Positions 14,707 through 28,845 of a stretch of 64,000 nt of DNA are shown piece by piece (position 1 is the stretch's first letter; every line of letters starts with the position of its first letter). Origin of the DNA: Octopus vulgaris. Lineage: Eukaryota. The stretch lies in the NCBI GenBank assembly GCA_951406725.2, contig OX597825.1:69564001-69628000 (forward strand), read 5' to 3'. The translations under genes were made by a program, and so were the position numbers. The notes under the pieces were generated by a model. The model ran no database searches, was not told where the DNA came from, and saw only the letters and a program-made list of their open reading frames with translations.

Positions 14707-15788
14707 TTTATATGTTGGTTTGTAATGTTTACTTTCTTATTTGTGGAAGATTTGACCATGAATATAGTATATTCTTTACAGAATGCTTTCAGTTTGACAT
14801 ACAAGGATCTATGATCTCTAATATATTCTAAATCCGATTGCAGACAAGCAAATGACAATCGAATTAGTCAGTTATGTTGGTCGGTATCTTCATAACTCAT
14901 ATATAACACAGAATATAGAGGCGAATTTTGCCACAGAATAACATAAAATGTGCCACGTTGTCACTCTTAACTTCAACCTTGCATATTTGTGTGAGAAGAA
15001 TGGGAATGTTGCTATATCCATATCTCCTCCGTTGGCTTTATCGTCGTAAGGGAAGCGAAATGACTATCTATGCAGATTTTTATTGCATTCTGTTCTTCAC
15101 CTACATAGAGTTCTCCAGTTTTAACATAACAGTGTATGTTTCTTCTCGTGTGAAGAAAATGACAAATTTGATGATTGCCTTGGTATTATGTAGGAAATAT
15201 TATACCGAGTTCTTATAAATATCATACAACTACAAATCTACACCTATCTATATACTAAATAGGTAATGGGCCACATTTTTCTAGAAGTGGGACTCACGAG
15301 ACATGGATCATCATGTGGTGGATCACACAATAATAAATAAAGGTAATTTTTCATTGGTGTGCCTTTCAGAAAATCCCATGGGGTGGGGATGTTGCTCATG
15401 GCCTCTTTAAAGTTTCCTTAATTCATTTACGACTACCAAGAATGAACTATGTTCGTGTATTTGCCGTTTATTTAACCAAATATATTTTATCTTAATTGTT
15501 CCAGTCATTGAGCGGCGACTATCCTGTCGCACTATTCTGAAGGGTTTAGTTGCATAAATTAGCTTAGTACTTACTTTTTAAGCATGGTGGTTATTCCATC
15601 AATTCCTTTTTCTGAACTGTAGTAGATAAAGGTAATTTTTGATTGACTGAGTCCTGGTTTTCGCTGTCGTTAAACCTACCAAATTTCTTGATATTCTTTC
15701 TTTATAGCGAAAGACGTTACTTAAAGTCTAACCTGATTATTCTTACCAATACACTATTCTGTAATCTACCTAAATTGTCATATTCCTA

Positions 15789-16049
15789 TACGTGGTGATA
15801 TGAAAATGTTCCCGGATTACTCTTTTACTCTTTTACTTGTTTCAGTCATTTGACTGTGGCCATGCTGGAGCACCGCCTTTAGTTGAGCAAATCGACCCCA
15901 GGACTTATTCTTTGTAAGCCTAGTACTTATTCTGTCGGTCTATTTTGCCGAACCACTAGGTTACGGGGACGTAAACACACCATCATCGGTTGTCAAGCGA
16001 TGTTGGTGGGGGGACAAACACAGACACACAAATATATACACACACATGC

Positions 16050-16094
<45 letters not shown>

Positions 16095-16591
16095 CATGTA
16101 AACGACGGGCTTCTTTCAGTTTCCGTCTACCAAATCCACTCACAAGGCTTTGGTTGGCCCGAGGCTATAGTAGAAGACACTCGCCTAAGGTGTCACGCAG
16201 TGGGACTGAACCCAGAACCATGTGGTTCGTAAGCAAGCTACTTACCACACAGCCACTCCTCGCCTGTGAAATAGTCACCTTGGGCAACGAAACACCGATC
16301 CCACGTTCCTGCCACTTTTAGAATCCGTCCTAGAAGCAGTTTATCATAAGCGAGTCGAAGACATTCTGTGATTCGTTTTGCATCTTGACAACGGTGTTAA
16401 ACGGCAGCGATTGAGCTGTTTCTTCATTTTGGGGAAAAGATGTAATTCTGATGGTTCTAAATCTGGTGAATACGGCGCGTGCGGAGCGATGACATTCTAT
16501 TTTTGACTAGGAACTCACGATGGGAACCGTGAGCTGCCATCTGTTGGCGCACTATACAACTAGTCCGGGACCGTTTTGATGCCACTTCGTA
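15789..16591 (-). mobile_element. Internally deleted mariner transposon interrupted by a SINE
   Basis: Degenerate TIRs TACGTGGTGATATGAAAATGTTCCCGGATT / AGTCCGGGACCGTTTTGATGCCACTTCGTA; about 16488-16420 (minus) encodes APHAPYSPDLEPSELHLFPKMKK (mariner YSPDL motif). Confidence 0.8.
15818..16265 (-). mobile_element. SINE family A copy nested in the mariner
   Basis: Full head, internal (TA)n and tail homology. Confidence 0.9.
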
Positions 16592-16617
16592 TATGTATAT
16601 ATATATATTATATTAGA

Positions 16618-16897
16618 TATATAAATACAGTGTACATTTAAACACATAGGAGATGGCCATAACAGGGCATCTGACTCGCTAGAAAGAGTAATTAAACTAC
16701 AAACCACTAATAGTTTAACTACTCTTTCTAGCGGGTCAGATGTCCTGTTATGCCCATCTCTTGTGTGTTTAAATATACACTGTATTTTTATATGAATAAT
16801 ATATAGTCTATTGACTAATCTTTTCTTCTCGCTAGACCACGTTTAGCAAATCATTTTTCTAAAACTTTTTTGCTACCCTAAGATTTATTAATTTTAT
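16618..16897. repeat. Fold-back insert: about 80-bp inverted arms plus about 100-bp unique tail, between TA-rich tracts
   Basis: aaatacagtgtacatttaaacaca...gctagaaagagtaattaaacta vs tagtttaactactctttctagc...tgtgtttaaatatacactgtattt. Confidence 0.85.
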
Positions 16898-18577
16898 ATA
16901 TATATATATATATACACATATTCTTACATACATACATATACGAGTGCGTGTGTGTGTAGAGGCGGCATACGTTAGTTGTAGAGTATACAGTAGCGTATTG
17001 TAGGATGATGGTAAAAACAATAATGTTAATAAGAAATGAAGGATTTCTGCCTTAGTTTATTTATAAATACACGTTTCGAAAAATTGCAAACTTTCCAGAG
17101 AAATGAAATAGCATAATATAAATTAAAATATAGTACAATGAAATAGAATATTTATGCTATAACAGTAAATTTTTCCGTCTAGCGCTTCAGAATGATTTTT
17201 GAATTCTGAAAATAACGCAAATACATAAATTATATATTTTATTTTCTGATTTCATTTTATTTCCTTGGAAACATGGAAGCCTTTATATTAAAAAACCAAG
17301 GAACAAAACATTCACTTGGTCTAACACTAATATCAATACTTATATGTGTGTGTGTGTGCTTGTGTGTTTGTATATGTACACCTATATGGTTTGTATATAT
17401 GTATATATATTTATGTCACTCTCTTCATATATATGTGTGTATTTGTGGGTTTATTTTGTTCATGGAAATGACAAGATTATGTGCATATTTTGAAAGTATA
17501 GATAAAATATATCGGGATCGTTTGCTCATAAATGTCGTAGAGAGCTAATGATTATAGTTTATAGAGAAAGTGCCAAACACAACCTAGTATTTAGTTGTAA
17601 GCTGTACTTCATTATTCTAGTGACATACGTACTACAATTATACTCTTCGCAGTAGTAAATTTGATAACCGCAACATTTGGTATTCACTATTGCAGAAATG
17701 TTACATACACCAAACATTTAACGAGATAATTATTCATATATGCTAAGCCAGATAGATATGGTAATTTAGTAATTTCGTGGACTGTTGGGAAGTGAAAAGC
17801 AGCACCAAACTTAGAATGCATTGCAATAGTTGTCGCAATAATTTATTTTAAAATGGTTCGTAACGCTGAAATATTCATTTCTGATATCGTCAACGGGTTA
17901 CAAGTTTTGTAATGGGACATATTGGTTGTATCAATAACTGTATATGACTGGTGTTTATGTTAGAAACCTTACTCATCATATAATTAAACGTTGACTTCTA
18001 CGGATCTTGAACTTACTATGGTAAAAGATCTTAACGAAAATAACGCAAAACTTCTATGTTGCTGTGCAGTATGGTCATCTTATAACGTTCTTAACTTTTT
18101 CATATTTAACCGTATGATCGAATTTGCGTTTCATCCATCGTAGTGACCCTCAGATACATACTATTAATTAAATTTGATTATATATGATTAAATATAAAGT
18201 TATATTTTTAAAAAGTGTGTTTGAGCTAGGACTTGAAAGAATAATTCCTACATGTATTTCTGGTAAAGAACGGTCTATAACTGAAATATATTTTTAATTC
18301 ATACATTCCAATTAAGCTGAAAAAACCACGAACACCACAGAAGCCATGTTTCTAGAAGCGTGTTGCATTAATCAGATACATATTATGAAGTATATTGTAA
18401 TTACTTGTGATAGCAAACTTCTTGTTTTGAAAAGAAAATACTTTAGAAATTAAATTTCAACCTGTCTTTCATCGTTACTCATTACTTTATCCTATAATTA
18501 TTTCTAACGCCATTGTTCTGTTGAACTTTCTTCTGATCATCTCTTGGTTAATCATTAAATGAATTATTTTTCGAAAA

Positions 18578-18800
18578 ATCCTTTCTACTATAGACAAAAA
18601 GCCTGAATTTGTTTTTAGAGGATGAGACTCGTCGATTAGATCGAACCCCATTACTCAAATGGTACTTATTTCAGCGACCCCGAAGGAGTGAAAGGTAACG
18701 TCGATCTCGGCAGAATTTTAAATCAGAAAATAGAGACACGGGAAATGCCGCTAAGCATTATCTCCGACGTGCTAACGATTCTTCCACTTGACCACCCTAA
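18578..18800 (-). mobile_element. Old SINE family C copy
   Basis: Homology to family C. Confidence 0.7.
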
Positions 18801-20006
18801 GATGTCTCTGTACAATAATCATCCTTTCACTGTTCCTGCCAACTCTTGAAGGGGAGCGTCAGATCTGAAGCCTCCTATCTTCTATCAAGAAGTCTCGTCC
18901 TTCTTTTTTTATCTCCTTGACAGATATAATCTTACTTGTTTTTAAATCTTCCGTCGCCATTTTAATCCTATTTTAGTCTAAATTCTCTTCAATTATTTGC
19001 ATTTGTATTTCGTTTCTGTGTCCCAACAAACTGAGTTGTTGTTTGAAACGTGTTTATCGATGTTTGCACACCATTTTCTTAGGGGTGACCTCCAATAAGA
19101 TAAATAGTTCTTGAACATAGTCTTATAAAATGTTCTCATATATAAAGAGAAAGATATCTGTTCAATTGTGTCATAGCAACATGTGACCCAGTGAAGAGGG
19201 TGTTCCGCTCACAACAACTATGTCTTGCGTTGTTCGATTCCTAGTCTGGGTGATGTGTTATCGCCTTGAGCAAGATACTCTATTATTTCACATTGCTTAT
19301 ATCTACTCAGTTGAAAACGACAACGAACCAAGAGCTGGTGCAGCACTCTCTCCTTCCATATGTCAAATGAATGAAACAAAATATAAGATTGATAAGTGAA
19401 AAAATCTTGTCGGTCCAGAAAGCAGGAACATAAAACACAAAGCAAGACAATTTAACTGAAATCATTTTCCAATCAAATGGTAATGGTCAAAGATAAAGGG
19501 AATCATTAACACTTACACAATATTTTCGCTTACAATAACGTTCGCTTAAGACTCATCTTACTATTTTACATTTACACATCACGTATTTTTACACATAGCG
19601 CATATGTAATTCCGGACATATGAATGTCATTCGGTATGTACATCGGCTATTTCCGTACGTAGCACATATGTATGTTTTGAACATATAAACTCCATACGGT
19701 TATAGCTTGTGTATATTTTTCATCATATTTTTGTTGTAATACTATCATTTCGTACCACATATTCATTTGTATCATGATAAATATCAACAATCTGTCTCTT
19801 CCTGTCTTTATGTTGGCTCATTTATACTCCAGAAGAATTTTGCTGTTGATGCCACCGAATTAAGAAATAGCGATAAGGTGTCGAAATTCTGATGATCTTT
19901 GTTTGATAGCTGATGAGGGTTGAGCACATCCTCATCCTTTTGTGTGGTTTGTTTTTTGGCTGCCTTCCCTATGTGCCCTCGTCGTTCTTCCGTGCCACCT
20001 TTTATT

Positions 20007-20098
<92 letters not shown>

Positions 20099-21463
20099 CC
20101 GATATGTATGTAACAGAAATTAATACGTAAAAAGTAAGAAGTAAGAAGGTAAAAGAACTATCCTCCTTAGACTTTAAATGATAAGGCTGGAAAGATATCA
20201 AGCCAGTCAGGAGAAATACGCGGAATTTTCCAATTCTTGAAAGTATATTTATAAATATGCATGCGACCACTGAATATTTCTGACCTGGAGTTCAATAGAG
20301 AGTTAGTGATCTTAGATCTAAACAGGATTTGCCCTCTTTCAGCCAAACAAAGTCTACGTTTATTCGATCCATTCATATAAGGTAAGAATTCCTCAATTAC
20401 TTTACATTTAATCACATGCGATCGTTCGTACATGATTATGTGTGCATATGCGTGTCTGTATATATTCTATATATAAATTTCTATGACTATATATGTATGC
20501 TTCTGCGCTCGTGCTTCAGCGTGTGGTATGAAATTTAACAAGTAATATAGCACTCGATTAATTAGTGACGTAAGTATATTATTACGTATAAGAAATAGCC
20601 CACAACCTAGTGAAATTTAGCTGCTAGCTTTTTTGCTGGTCAATATATTAAATTTATGCTTCCATTTTCATGCTTTTATAGTCAACACGACAGTTTAATA
20701 ACGCCGTTTCGTGCAAGCAATATTTGCCTCCGCACGTGTATTTTGAAAAAGAGTACACCAAGGGCGATAATTTACTTTGAAGTTTTACAAATTTCGAAAA
20801 TTTTAGGATCCAGACTGGAGTAGGTTATGGTCTATCCTATGGTTTATCTTTAATTCCGTCTAAGATGTATAGTGTAGAATGTGGATATTATCTAAAATTG
20901 ATATTTGCACAGTGCCAAGAGGTTCTTAGGCTCTGTATAAGATAAAATGTTTTCCAGCAAACATATGGGACTTTGTTTTGACTCGTTATTATAAAGAATT
21001 GTCTTAGAAAGGATCTGCTATTTTATATCGTAGTTGATGTTTATAGTCTCCACATAAATGCTGAGAGGGTTTTTTTTTCACTTGCCATGGGAGCCTAAAC
21101 GTAGAAATATGGTAGTTGTAACTGGACTTAAATTTTCCCACCAAAGAACATACAAAACATTTGGCCTCCGTCCGAATGCTATAAAGTAATCTTATGAACT
21201 TATGACATAAGGAGTTGTTCCTCACAATGTTTAGAAGTGCTTGGTGGTGTAGTATACCCCACTTGTGCGTGGGGTGTGTGTGTGTGTTAGGAAAAATGAA
21301 ATGCTAATACTAGTTGTAGAAGAAGGTTGAAAAGATAGCGGAGGAGATCGATTAAAATATATTTCCCAAACCTGTTTTATTCATTTTTCCATTGTTTAAA
21401 TAGATTTTTCTCATTTTTTGAAAGAATCTGTTTGGGCAGTTGACTGTCGAATAACAACAGCAT

Positions 21464-21880
<417 letters not shown>

Positions 21881-22059
21881 ATTCTACAATAGAGATGAGA
21901 GTTTCTTTATTCATAACGCTTTTGGTGGTGTGGTGAAACCATTTCATTCTTTGCCATCCTTTTTCAGCCGATGCACTTATTTAATCATTTATTTTTGGCA
22001 GCTGTAATAGTTATTGAGAATATACGAACAAATCTTTCGTTTTGCTATTGAATCATGTC

Positions 22060-23100
22060 ATACTGACGCGTGTTGTATAGAACAGAGAAAAATGTTTCGT
22101 TTAAGTAAGAGCCAACGATATCTCCCAACAGCATTATCCATTCTGCATCACGTTTTCTTTCTCTCAGTTGCTATGGCTTCAGCCCAATTTGTGCTATATT
22201 CAGCTGATCATATATTTGTTAAAAATGCATCCCAACGATATAAGAACATACCAGTATTATAACAGTTATTATGTGCAGATGTCATTATTAAAGAACCATT
22301 AAATACTTCACTAAATCTTCAGTGCTTGATTGGTCTTAATGGTAACGTTTCCCAGTAACTCGTACTTATTAATTCGGGTTTTCTGATCTATTTATATTCT
22401 TCTGATATTTCAAAGCGTTGCCAAGTTATGTACAACATGCAATCTGCATTCCTTCCTTACCCGTGTTGTCTCCTTTACCACTGCATATTTTCTTGGCACA
22501 TAAATTTCTACTGATTTTAGGCCCTACATATTTTCTGTACATTTTTGGTATTTCGAGAGCTTAATACCGGTAACCACTTTTTATGATTCTGCGTAATAGT
22601 GCGAACACATCAATTGTAATTACGGGTTGGTTCACTGCCTCCTCATAATTGTGCCAACTGATATTCCCTGAGATCACATTTTTATAACCTGTTTATTTCA
22701 GCATCGATGTCGTTTCTATGTACATAATGTACAAAAATTTTTACTTGTGGGTATCATTGATTTCAGCATATCAAAATAGATATCAGAGAAAGACTAGAAA
22801 CATTTTTGCAGATGATATCTTGTGTATATTTCAGCATAATTGTCGTACCGAGCATGTATGCCCCAAAGGAAATATACATTGAAGTATAAGTCAGCGCTCT
22901 AATCAGGCATAATCGTGTGCAATAACATTTTCTGTTCCATTAGCCACAAACACCGTTTATTTTCAAAAGTGAGACATATGAGGTATGGGTTCCGTGCGTA
23001 GATGAAAAATATTCAGCAAGGGACAAATTCTGTTCACGAGAACTGTTTCTAATTATACATTAAATCTGTTTGGCATTGGTAGTTTGAGGAGAATGGACAG
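22060..23100 (-). pseudogene. Very degenerate LINE RT/C-terminal fragment, possibly Ingi/Vingi-like
   Basis: Minus strand 22579-22559 encodes KWLPVLS, which I recall as a motif of Vingi/Ingi-type ORFs; the rest is disrupted and the boundaries are approximate. Confidence 0.35.
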
Positions 23101-23276
23101 TTACCTCTTTCCAGAATCAGCTTGTTACTTACACATGGATGATTTTCGTGATCGGTTGAAGGTGTTTTTTTCCCACCTACTTTCCATTTCTGTGACAAAT
23201 ATTAGGTCTATGCATAAACATACATGCGTGTGTGTATATGTGTCTGTGTGCTTGTGTGTGTGTGCGTGTGTGCATA

Positions 23277-23325
<49 letters not shown>

Positions 23326-23587
23326 TTATATTTACAAATATATGCGCAGACAATTATAGAAATGCATACGTTTACATATATATAGTTATGTATGCATACA
23401 AATACATCTCTCTCTTTGTCTCTTTCTCTCTCTCCCCCCCCTCTCTCTCTCTGTCTCTTTGTCTCTCTCTCTCTCTATATATATATTCGTGTTTATATTG
23501 AATTTATCTTTGCCAAAATCACCGATATTTAATTTCTTGCGCTCTGCTACTTTAGAGAAATCTTTTCTATACTGCAGCACTAAATAA

Positions 23588-24108
23588 TCTTTTCTACTCT
23601 AGGCAGAAGGTCCTAAATTTTCGGAAAGGGGTTCAGTCAATTAGATCAACCCCCCAGTATGCAACTAGTACTTAATTTATCGACCCAGAAAGGATGAGAA
23701 GCAAAGTCGACCTCGGCGGAAATTGAACTCAGAACGTAAAGACAGACGAAATACTGCTAAACACTCCGCCCAGAGTGCTGACGTTTCTGCCAGCAAGCCG
23801 CCTTTAATATTCTTTTCTACTCTAGGCACAAGGCCCGAAATTTTGGGCCCAGTCAATTACATCGACCCCCGTAGACAACTGGTATTTAATTTATCGACTC
23901 AGAAAGGGCAGGGACAAACAAGAACAGACACACGGATTAAGTCGATTACATCGACCCCAGTGCGTTACTGGTACTTATTTAATCGACCCCGAAAAGATGA
24001 AAGGCAAAGTCAACCTCGGCGGAATTTGAACTCAGAACGTAGCGGCAGACGAAATACCGCCAAGCGTTTCACCCGGCTTGCTAACGTTTCTGCCAGCTCG
24101 CCGCCTTT
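23588..24108 (-). mobile_element. Stacked or chimeric SINE family C copies
   Basis: Repeated tacttaatttatcgaccc...gtcgacctcggcggaa...ctgccagc motifs. Confidence 0.85.
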
Positions 24109-25090
24109 CTCAAATTTTGATTGAAAAGGAGAAGACGTATATGTTTAGAATACCCCCGGGTAGCTTGTTCTCGTAGTTCAACTATATAACCGCAATATCG
24201 TGTTGTTTCTGTCTGAGAACTAATTAAGATTTCACATGACCATGCAATACTTACTCAAAGCTACGGCAATGTGATGTACTGAAAATTCAAATTATCGAGC
24301 AACTGAATCCTCATGTCTATATTAGAAAGCATTATTATAATCTTTCTAACTTTGGTAAAGGGCCAAGGAGACCGAGAGGAAGGAACAAGTTGATAACATC
24401 GACAACAGTGCTCGAGTGGTGCAAAGGATGAAAGGCAAAAACCAGTCTCGAAATAATTTCGATGGAAAACGTAAGGAGTTTGAAGTCATGACGCTAAGCA
24501 TTCGTCCTGTCTGATAATGATTGAGCCAGCTCGTCGCCTTCATGTCATTATTATATTGATAGGACAATAAAGCAACGTCTTCGGTTGTGTCTGGGGAGAG
24601 TCGTTTTTTTTTTTTGTGCCTTATAATGTAACACACTCACCGGTGAAATTTCCACTTATTTCATATTTTTATTTTCCTAAAATTTTCATTGCGTCTTGCA
24701 ACCTTTTCAAAAGTCTTGACTAAATCCAGAAACGAAAAATAAAGCAGCGATCTGACAGAAACGTAACCATGTTGGAGAAAATGCTTAGCAGCATTCCTTC
24801 TGGCTCATTACGTTTTGAGTTTAGATTGCGACAGGGTCACCATTGGCGTCCGTCTTTGTGGGATGGGTGAAATGAATAACTGCTGAACACTGCGATCAAT
24901 GTCATCGACAAAGACATTTGACCTTAAAAATTGCTGGTCATGTGCTAAAGAATTATATTGGAAAGATCGTCGTAATATTTGTAGACACGCGCAGTAATGT
25001 TTCCAATATACACATCATCAACACAAACTTGCAATGATGTCGTTAAGCAATTTCTAGTGATACTGTTGATATAACATGCGAAGAAATATC

Positions 25091-25237
25091 AGATACAGTA
25101 CTAGTCGAGTACTAAAATAGTGGGGTAGATATAATCAGCTCGCTCCTGAAGGGCCGCGCCCGGGCGTCTCATTCTATCGTAAGTGCAACTTGATAATATC
25201 TACCCCATTTCTTTAGTATTCGACTAGTACTCTATCT
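25091..25237. repeat. Short fold-back with about 47-bp imperfect inverted arms
   Basis: agatacagtactagtcgagtactaaa..ggggtagatat vs atatctacccc..tttagtattcgactagtactctatct. Confidence 0.75.
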
Positions 25238-25241
25238 CATC

Positions 25242-25550
25242 GTGGAGGCACATGGCTTAGTGGTTAGAGCAGCGGACTCACGGTCGAGGGATCGCGGGTT
25301 TGAATCTCAGACCGGGCGATGTGTGGGTTTATGAGCGAAACACCTAAGCTCCACACGGCTCCAGCGGAAGGTAATGGCGAACTTCTGCTGACTCTTTCGC
25401 CACAACCTTCTCTCACTCTTTCCTCCTGCATCTTGCAGCTCACCTGCGACGGACTGGTGTCCCGTCCAGATAGGGAATCCTATACGCCAAGGAAACCGGG
25501 AAACCGGCCCTTATGAGCCAGGCGTGGCTCGAGAAGGAAGAAACAACAAC
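25242..25550 (+). mobile_element. tRNA-derived SINE family B2 (B1-like head, different 3' half)
   Basis: A-box TGGCTTAGTGG, B-box GGTTTGAATCT; 3' cctgcgacggactggtgtcccgtccag module and (AAC)n tail. Confidence 0.85.
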
Positions 25551-27058
25551 TCTGGTATTTAATATATCGACTCAGAAAGGATGAAAAGTAAAGTCGACCT
25601 CGGCGAAATTTGAATTCAGAACGTAAAGACAGATGAAATACCTATTTCTTTACTATCCACAATGGGCTAAACACAGCGGGGACAAACAAGGACAGACTAA
25701 CGGATTAAGACGATTATATCGACTCCAGTACGTAACTGGTACTTAATTTATCGACCCCAAAAGGATGTCGATAATTTCGCCATTACCTTTGATTTCTCAT
25801 CGACCCAGAAAAATAAAAGACAGAGTAGATATTGGCGTGATTTGAATGCAGAACTTCAGTTGCTCAAACAAATACAGCACAGTGTTTTATCCGTCGCTGT
25901 AACGATTATATCAGACCGCCACCCTTATAATGTTTATTATCAGTTCTTGACAATTTAATGGCGTCACAATTTACTGTATAGTCATTTATATATGAAAACA
26001 ATGACAACGTAGAACTAAAATGATTAGCTTGCTTATTAACTATAAAATGGCAGAGATATTCACAGCAGTGAACACCGGTAGATTCTTAATATATTTTCGC
26101 GTCCCATTGAGAATAAATCCAGTACCATGCAAGAGTAATATTCTTCATTTTGAAACTGTCTGAGACATTTATGTATTTTATAGCTTGGTTTATAGCAGAT
26201 TTAGTTTTATGATTGTATAACTGGCAACTTAATGCAAGATATGCGGGCGTAAACTTTTCAAGAAAAACTGTCTGTAATGATGTATCTTTTATGTATGACT
26301 GATGCTCGTGAGAAAGCGAGAAAATGAAACTTTGTGAATAAATAAGCAATATAAATATAAACATAAAATACAATATAATAAAATACTATCGAGCGGACAC
26401 TTTATGGAGCAGGGACATAAAACGGGATAAAAAATATTCTGATCATTTCTAGCGTTCAGGATGTGTGTCTTGAATTAAAGATCCAGTCAAAGAAGAACCA
26501 AAATGATTTCCTTTGACGAGACTAAATGGCAATATATAAAGATAAAGACGAATGGTGGTCACAGTCGACTTAAATAACTTCAGGAATTCTGACAGTTAAT
26601 CTTTTGTTTACTGTTTTTATTTCAATCAAGAAAAATAAGTCAGAAAAGTAAGAAACAATATAAAATAAAGTAACGCATTGAAGTTTTAACAAAATATGTG
26701 TCGCTTTGTTTAATGAAAATAAGAAGAATGCTCTATTATTTGGAAGAGCGTGAAATTGGACGTTGTGGTGTTAATACGTTTCTTAAAAGTATGTAATCAA
26801 TGCTACGTATAATGCTGAGTCAGCTGTCAAGAGGTCTAATGTTAGAAAACAGGCAAAATGGCTGGGTATAATGTCAATAGACTCAATATGTCATGCTAGG
26901 CATCCGGCCAGAAAATGTAATGATGGTTGTTTCTGCTGAGTTACCCTAGAAGAGTTGTCACAGAACTCTTGTACCATGACCATGCCAGGAACAGGGAACG
27001 GAGGATATGGATGAATGGACGTAACTCAGATGTTAATATATACATGATACTGCACCAA

Positions 27059-27840
27059 AAGGTGGCGAGCTGGCAGAAATGTTAGCACGCCGGGCGAAAT
27101 GCTTAGCGGTATTCCGTCTGCCGCTACGCTCTGAGTTCAAATTCCGCCGAGGTCGACTTTGCCTTTCAACCTTTCGGGGTCGATAAATTAAGTACCAGTT
27201 ACGCACTGGGGCCGATGTAATCGACTTAATCCGTTTGCCTGTCCTTGTTTGTCCCCTCTGTGTTTAGCCCCTGTGTTTGTGGGTAGTAAAGAAATAGGTA
27301 TTTCGTCTGCCGCTACGTTCTGAGTTCAAATTCCGCCGAGGTCGACTTTGCCTTTCATCCTTTCGGGGTCGATTAAATAAGTACCAGTTACGCACTGGGG
27401 TCGATGTAATCGACTTAATACCTATATCTGTCCTTGTTTGTCCCCTCTATGTTTAGCTCCTTGTGGGTAATAAAGAAATAGGTATTTGGTCTGCCGCTAC
27501 GCTCTGATTTCAAATTCCGCAGAGGTCAACTTTGCCTTTCATCCTTTCGGGGTCGATTAAATAAGTACCAGTAACGCACTGGGGTCGATGTAATCGACTT
27601 AATACCTATGTCTGTCCTTGTTTGTCCCCTCTGTGTTTAGACCCTTGTGGGTAATAAAGAAATAGGTAATTCGTCTGCCGCTACGTTCTGAGTTCAAATT
27701 CCGCCGAGGTCGACTTTGCCTTTCATCCTTTCGGGGTCGATTAAATAAGTACCAGTTACGCACTGGGGTCGATATAATCGACTTAATCCGTTTGTTTTGT
27801 CATCCTCTGTGTGTAGCTCCTTTTGGGCAGTAAAGAAATA
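27059..27840 (+). mobile_element. Head-to-tail tetramer of SINE family C
   Basis: Full unit 27059-27296, then units 27297-27480, 27481-27664 and 27665-27840, each joined at aaagaaata|ggta(t)tt. Confidence 0.95.
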
Positions 27841-28330
27841 AGAATCGTCAGCTTATCGGATAAAGTAAGTGTTTAGCGTCATTTCTTCCGGCTTTGCGTT
27901 ATGAGTTTGAAATTCCGCCGACGAGATAATAAGTACTAGTCCAGCAGTGGCGCCGATGTGATCGATTTTTTTCCTTCCCCTAAATTTCAAGTATCCTCTC
28001 TCTTGCAGTAGAGAAAAAAAAGTGTTATATATCGATTGCTTTGCATTAACAGATACTCGGAATTGGTTCGCCAGTACATTTAATCTTTCTTTATAAGCTG
28101 CATGTAGGTATAGGGTTCTGAAGGTATCTGAATATTTTTTATAAATGGTATTCTCAATTTAGTCCAAGTTTCATAGAATATTTCCGTTTGATAATGAGAC
28201 AATTTTGAACACAATATTTTAAAGAACCGTAGCAAAATAATTCTTGCTAGTCTAGATAGAAAGCCTTATTTTCGAGAGAAGAGTCTACTTTCGATAACGT
28301 CGATCCCAGTATATAGCTGCCTACTCACCA

Positions 28331-28577
28331 TTAACCTGCGCGCGTAAGCGAATGTAGGGTATTGTAGCCGCTAGTCTTTGTCTCTTTGTCTGTGTAATTG
28401 CAAAATTACTGGAAAATAGCTTAACGGATTTTCACCAAATTTGGCAGAAATATTTATTGGGTGAGTGGCCAGAAGTCATTAAATTTTGGCGGACGTGTTA
28501 ATCAAAACGTCTTTTTGTCTTTGTTACATATGCATAAGCGATAAGCAGGGGGAAATGATCCTTGATGTCATTTTGTT
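28331..28577 (+). mobile_element. Non-autonomous Helentron/DINE-like element
   Basis: 5' ttaacctgcgcgcgtaagcg...agggtatt, short tctgt repeat, cggattttcaccaaatttgg core and 3' aagcagggg complementary to 5' cctgc. Confidence 0.5.
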
Positions 28578-28621
28578 GAAATATGAATTCGTCTGAGCAT
28601 ATATTTATTAAGTTAAATTAT

Positions 28622-28774
28622 AGGTGTAGGAGTGGCTGTGTGGTAAGTAGCTTGATTACGAACCACATAGTTCCGGGTTCAGTCCCACAGCATGGTACCT
28701 TCTACTATAGCCTCGGGTCGATTAAAGCCTCGTGAGTGGATTTGGTAGACGGAAACTAAAAGAAGCCCATCGTA

Positions 28775-28845
<71 letters not shown>

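Noticed and set aside
19840-19940. Hammerhead candidates (CTGTTGA..GAAA; CTGATGA GGG..)
   Set aside because: No compatible helix I or NUH site for the first; no GAAA after helix II for the second.
27059-27840. CRISPR-like regular array
   Set aside because: Units are contiguous ~184-bp SINE copies with no unique spacers; eukaryotic context and no cas genes.
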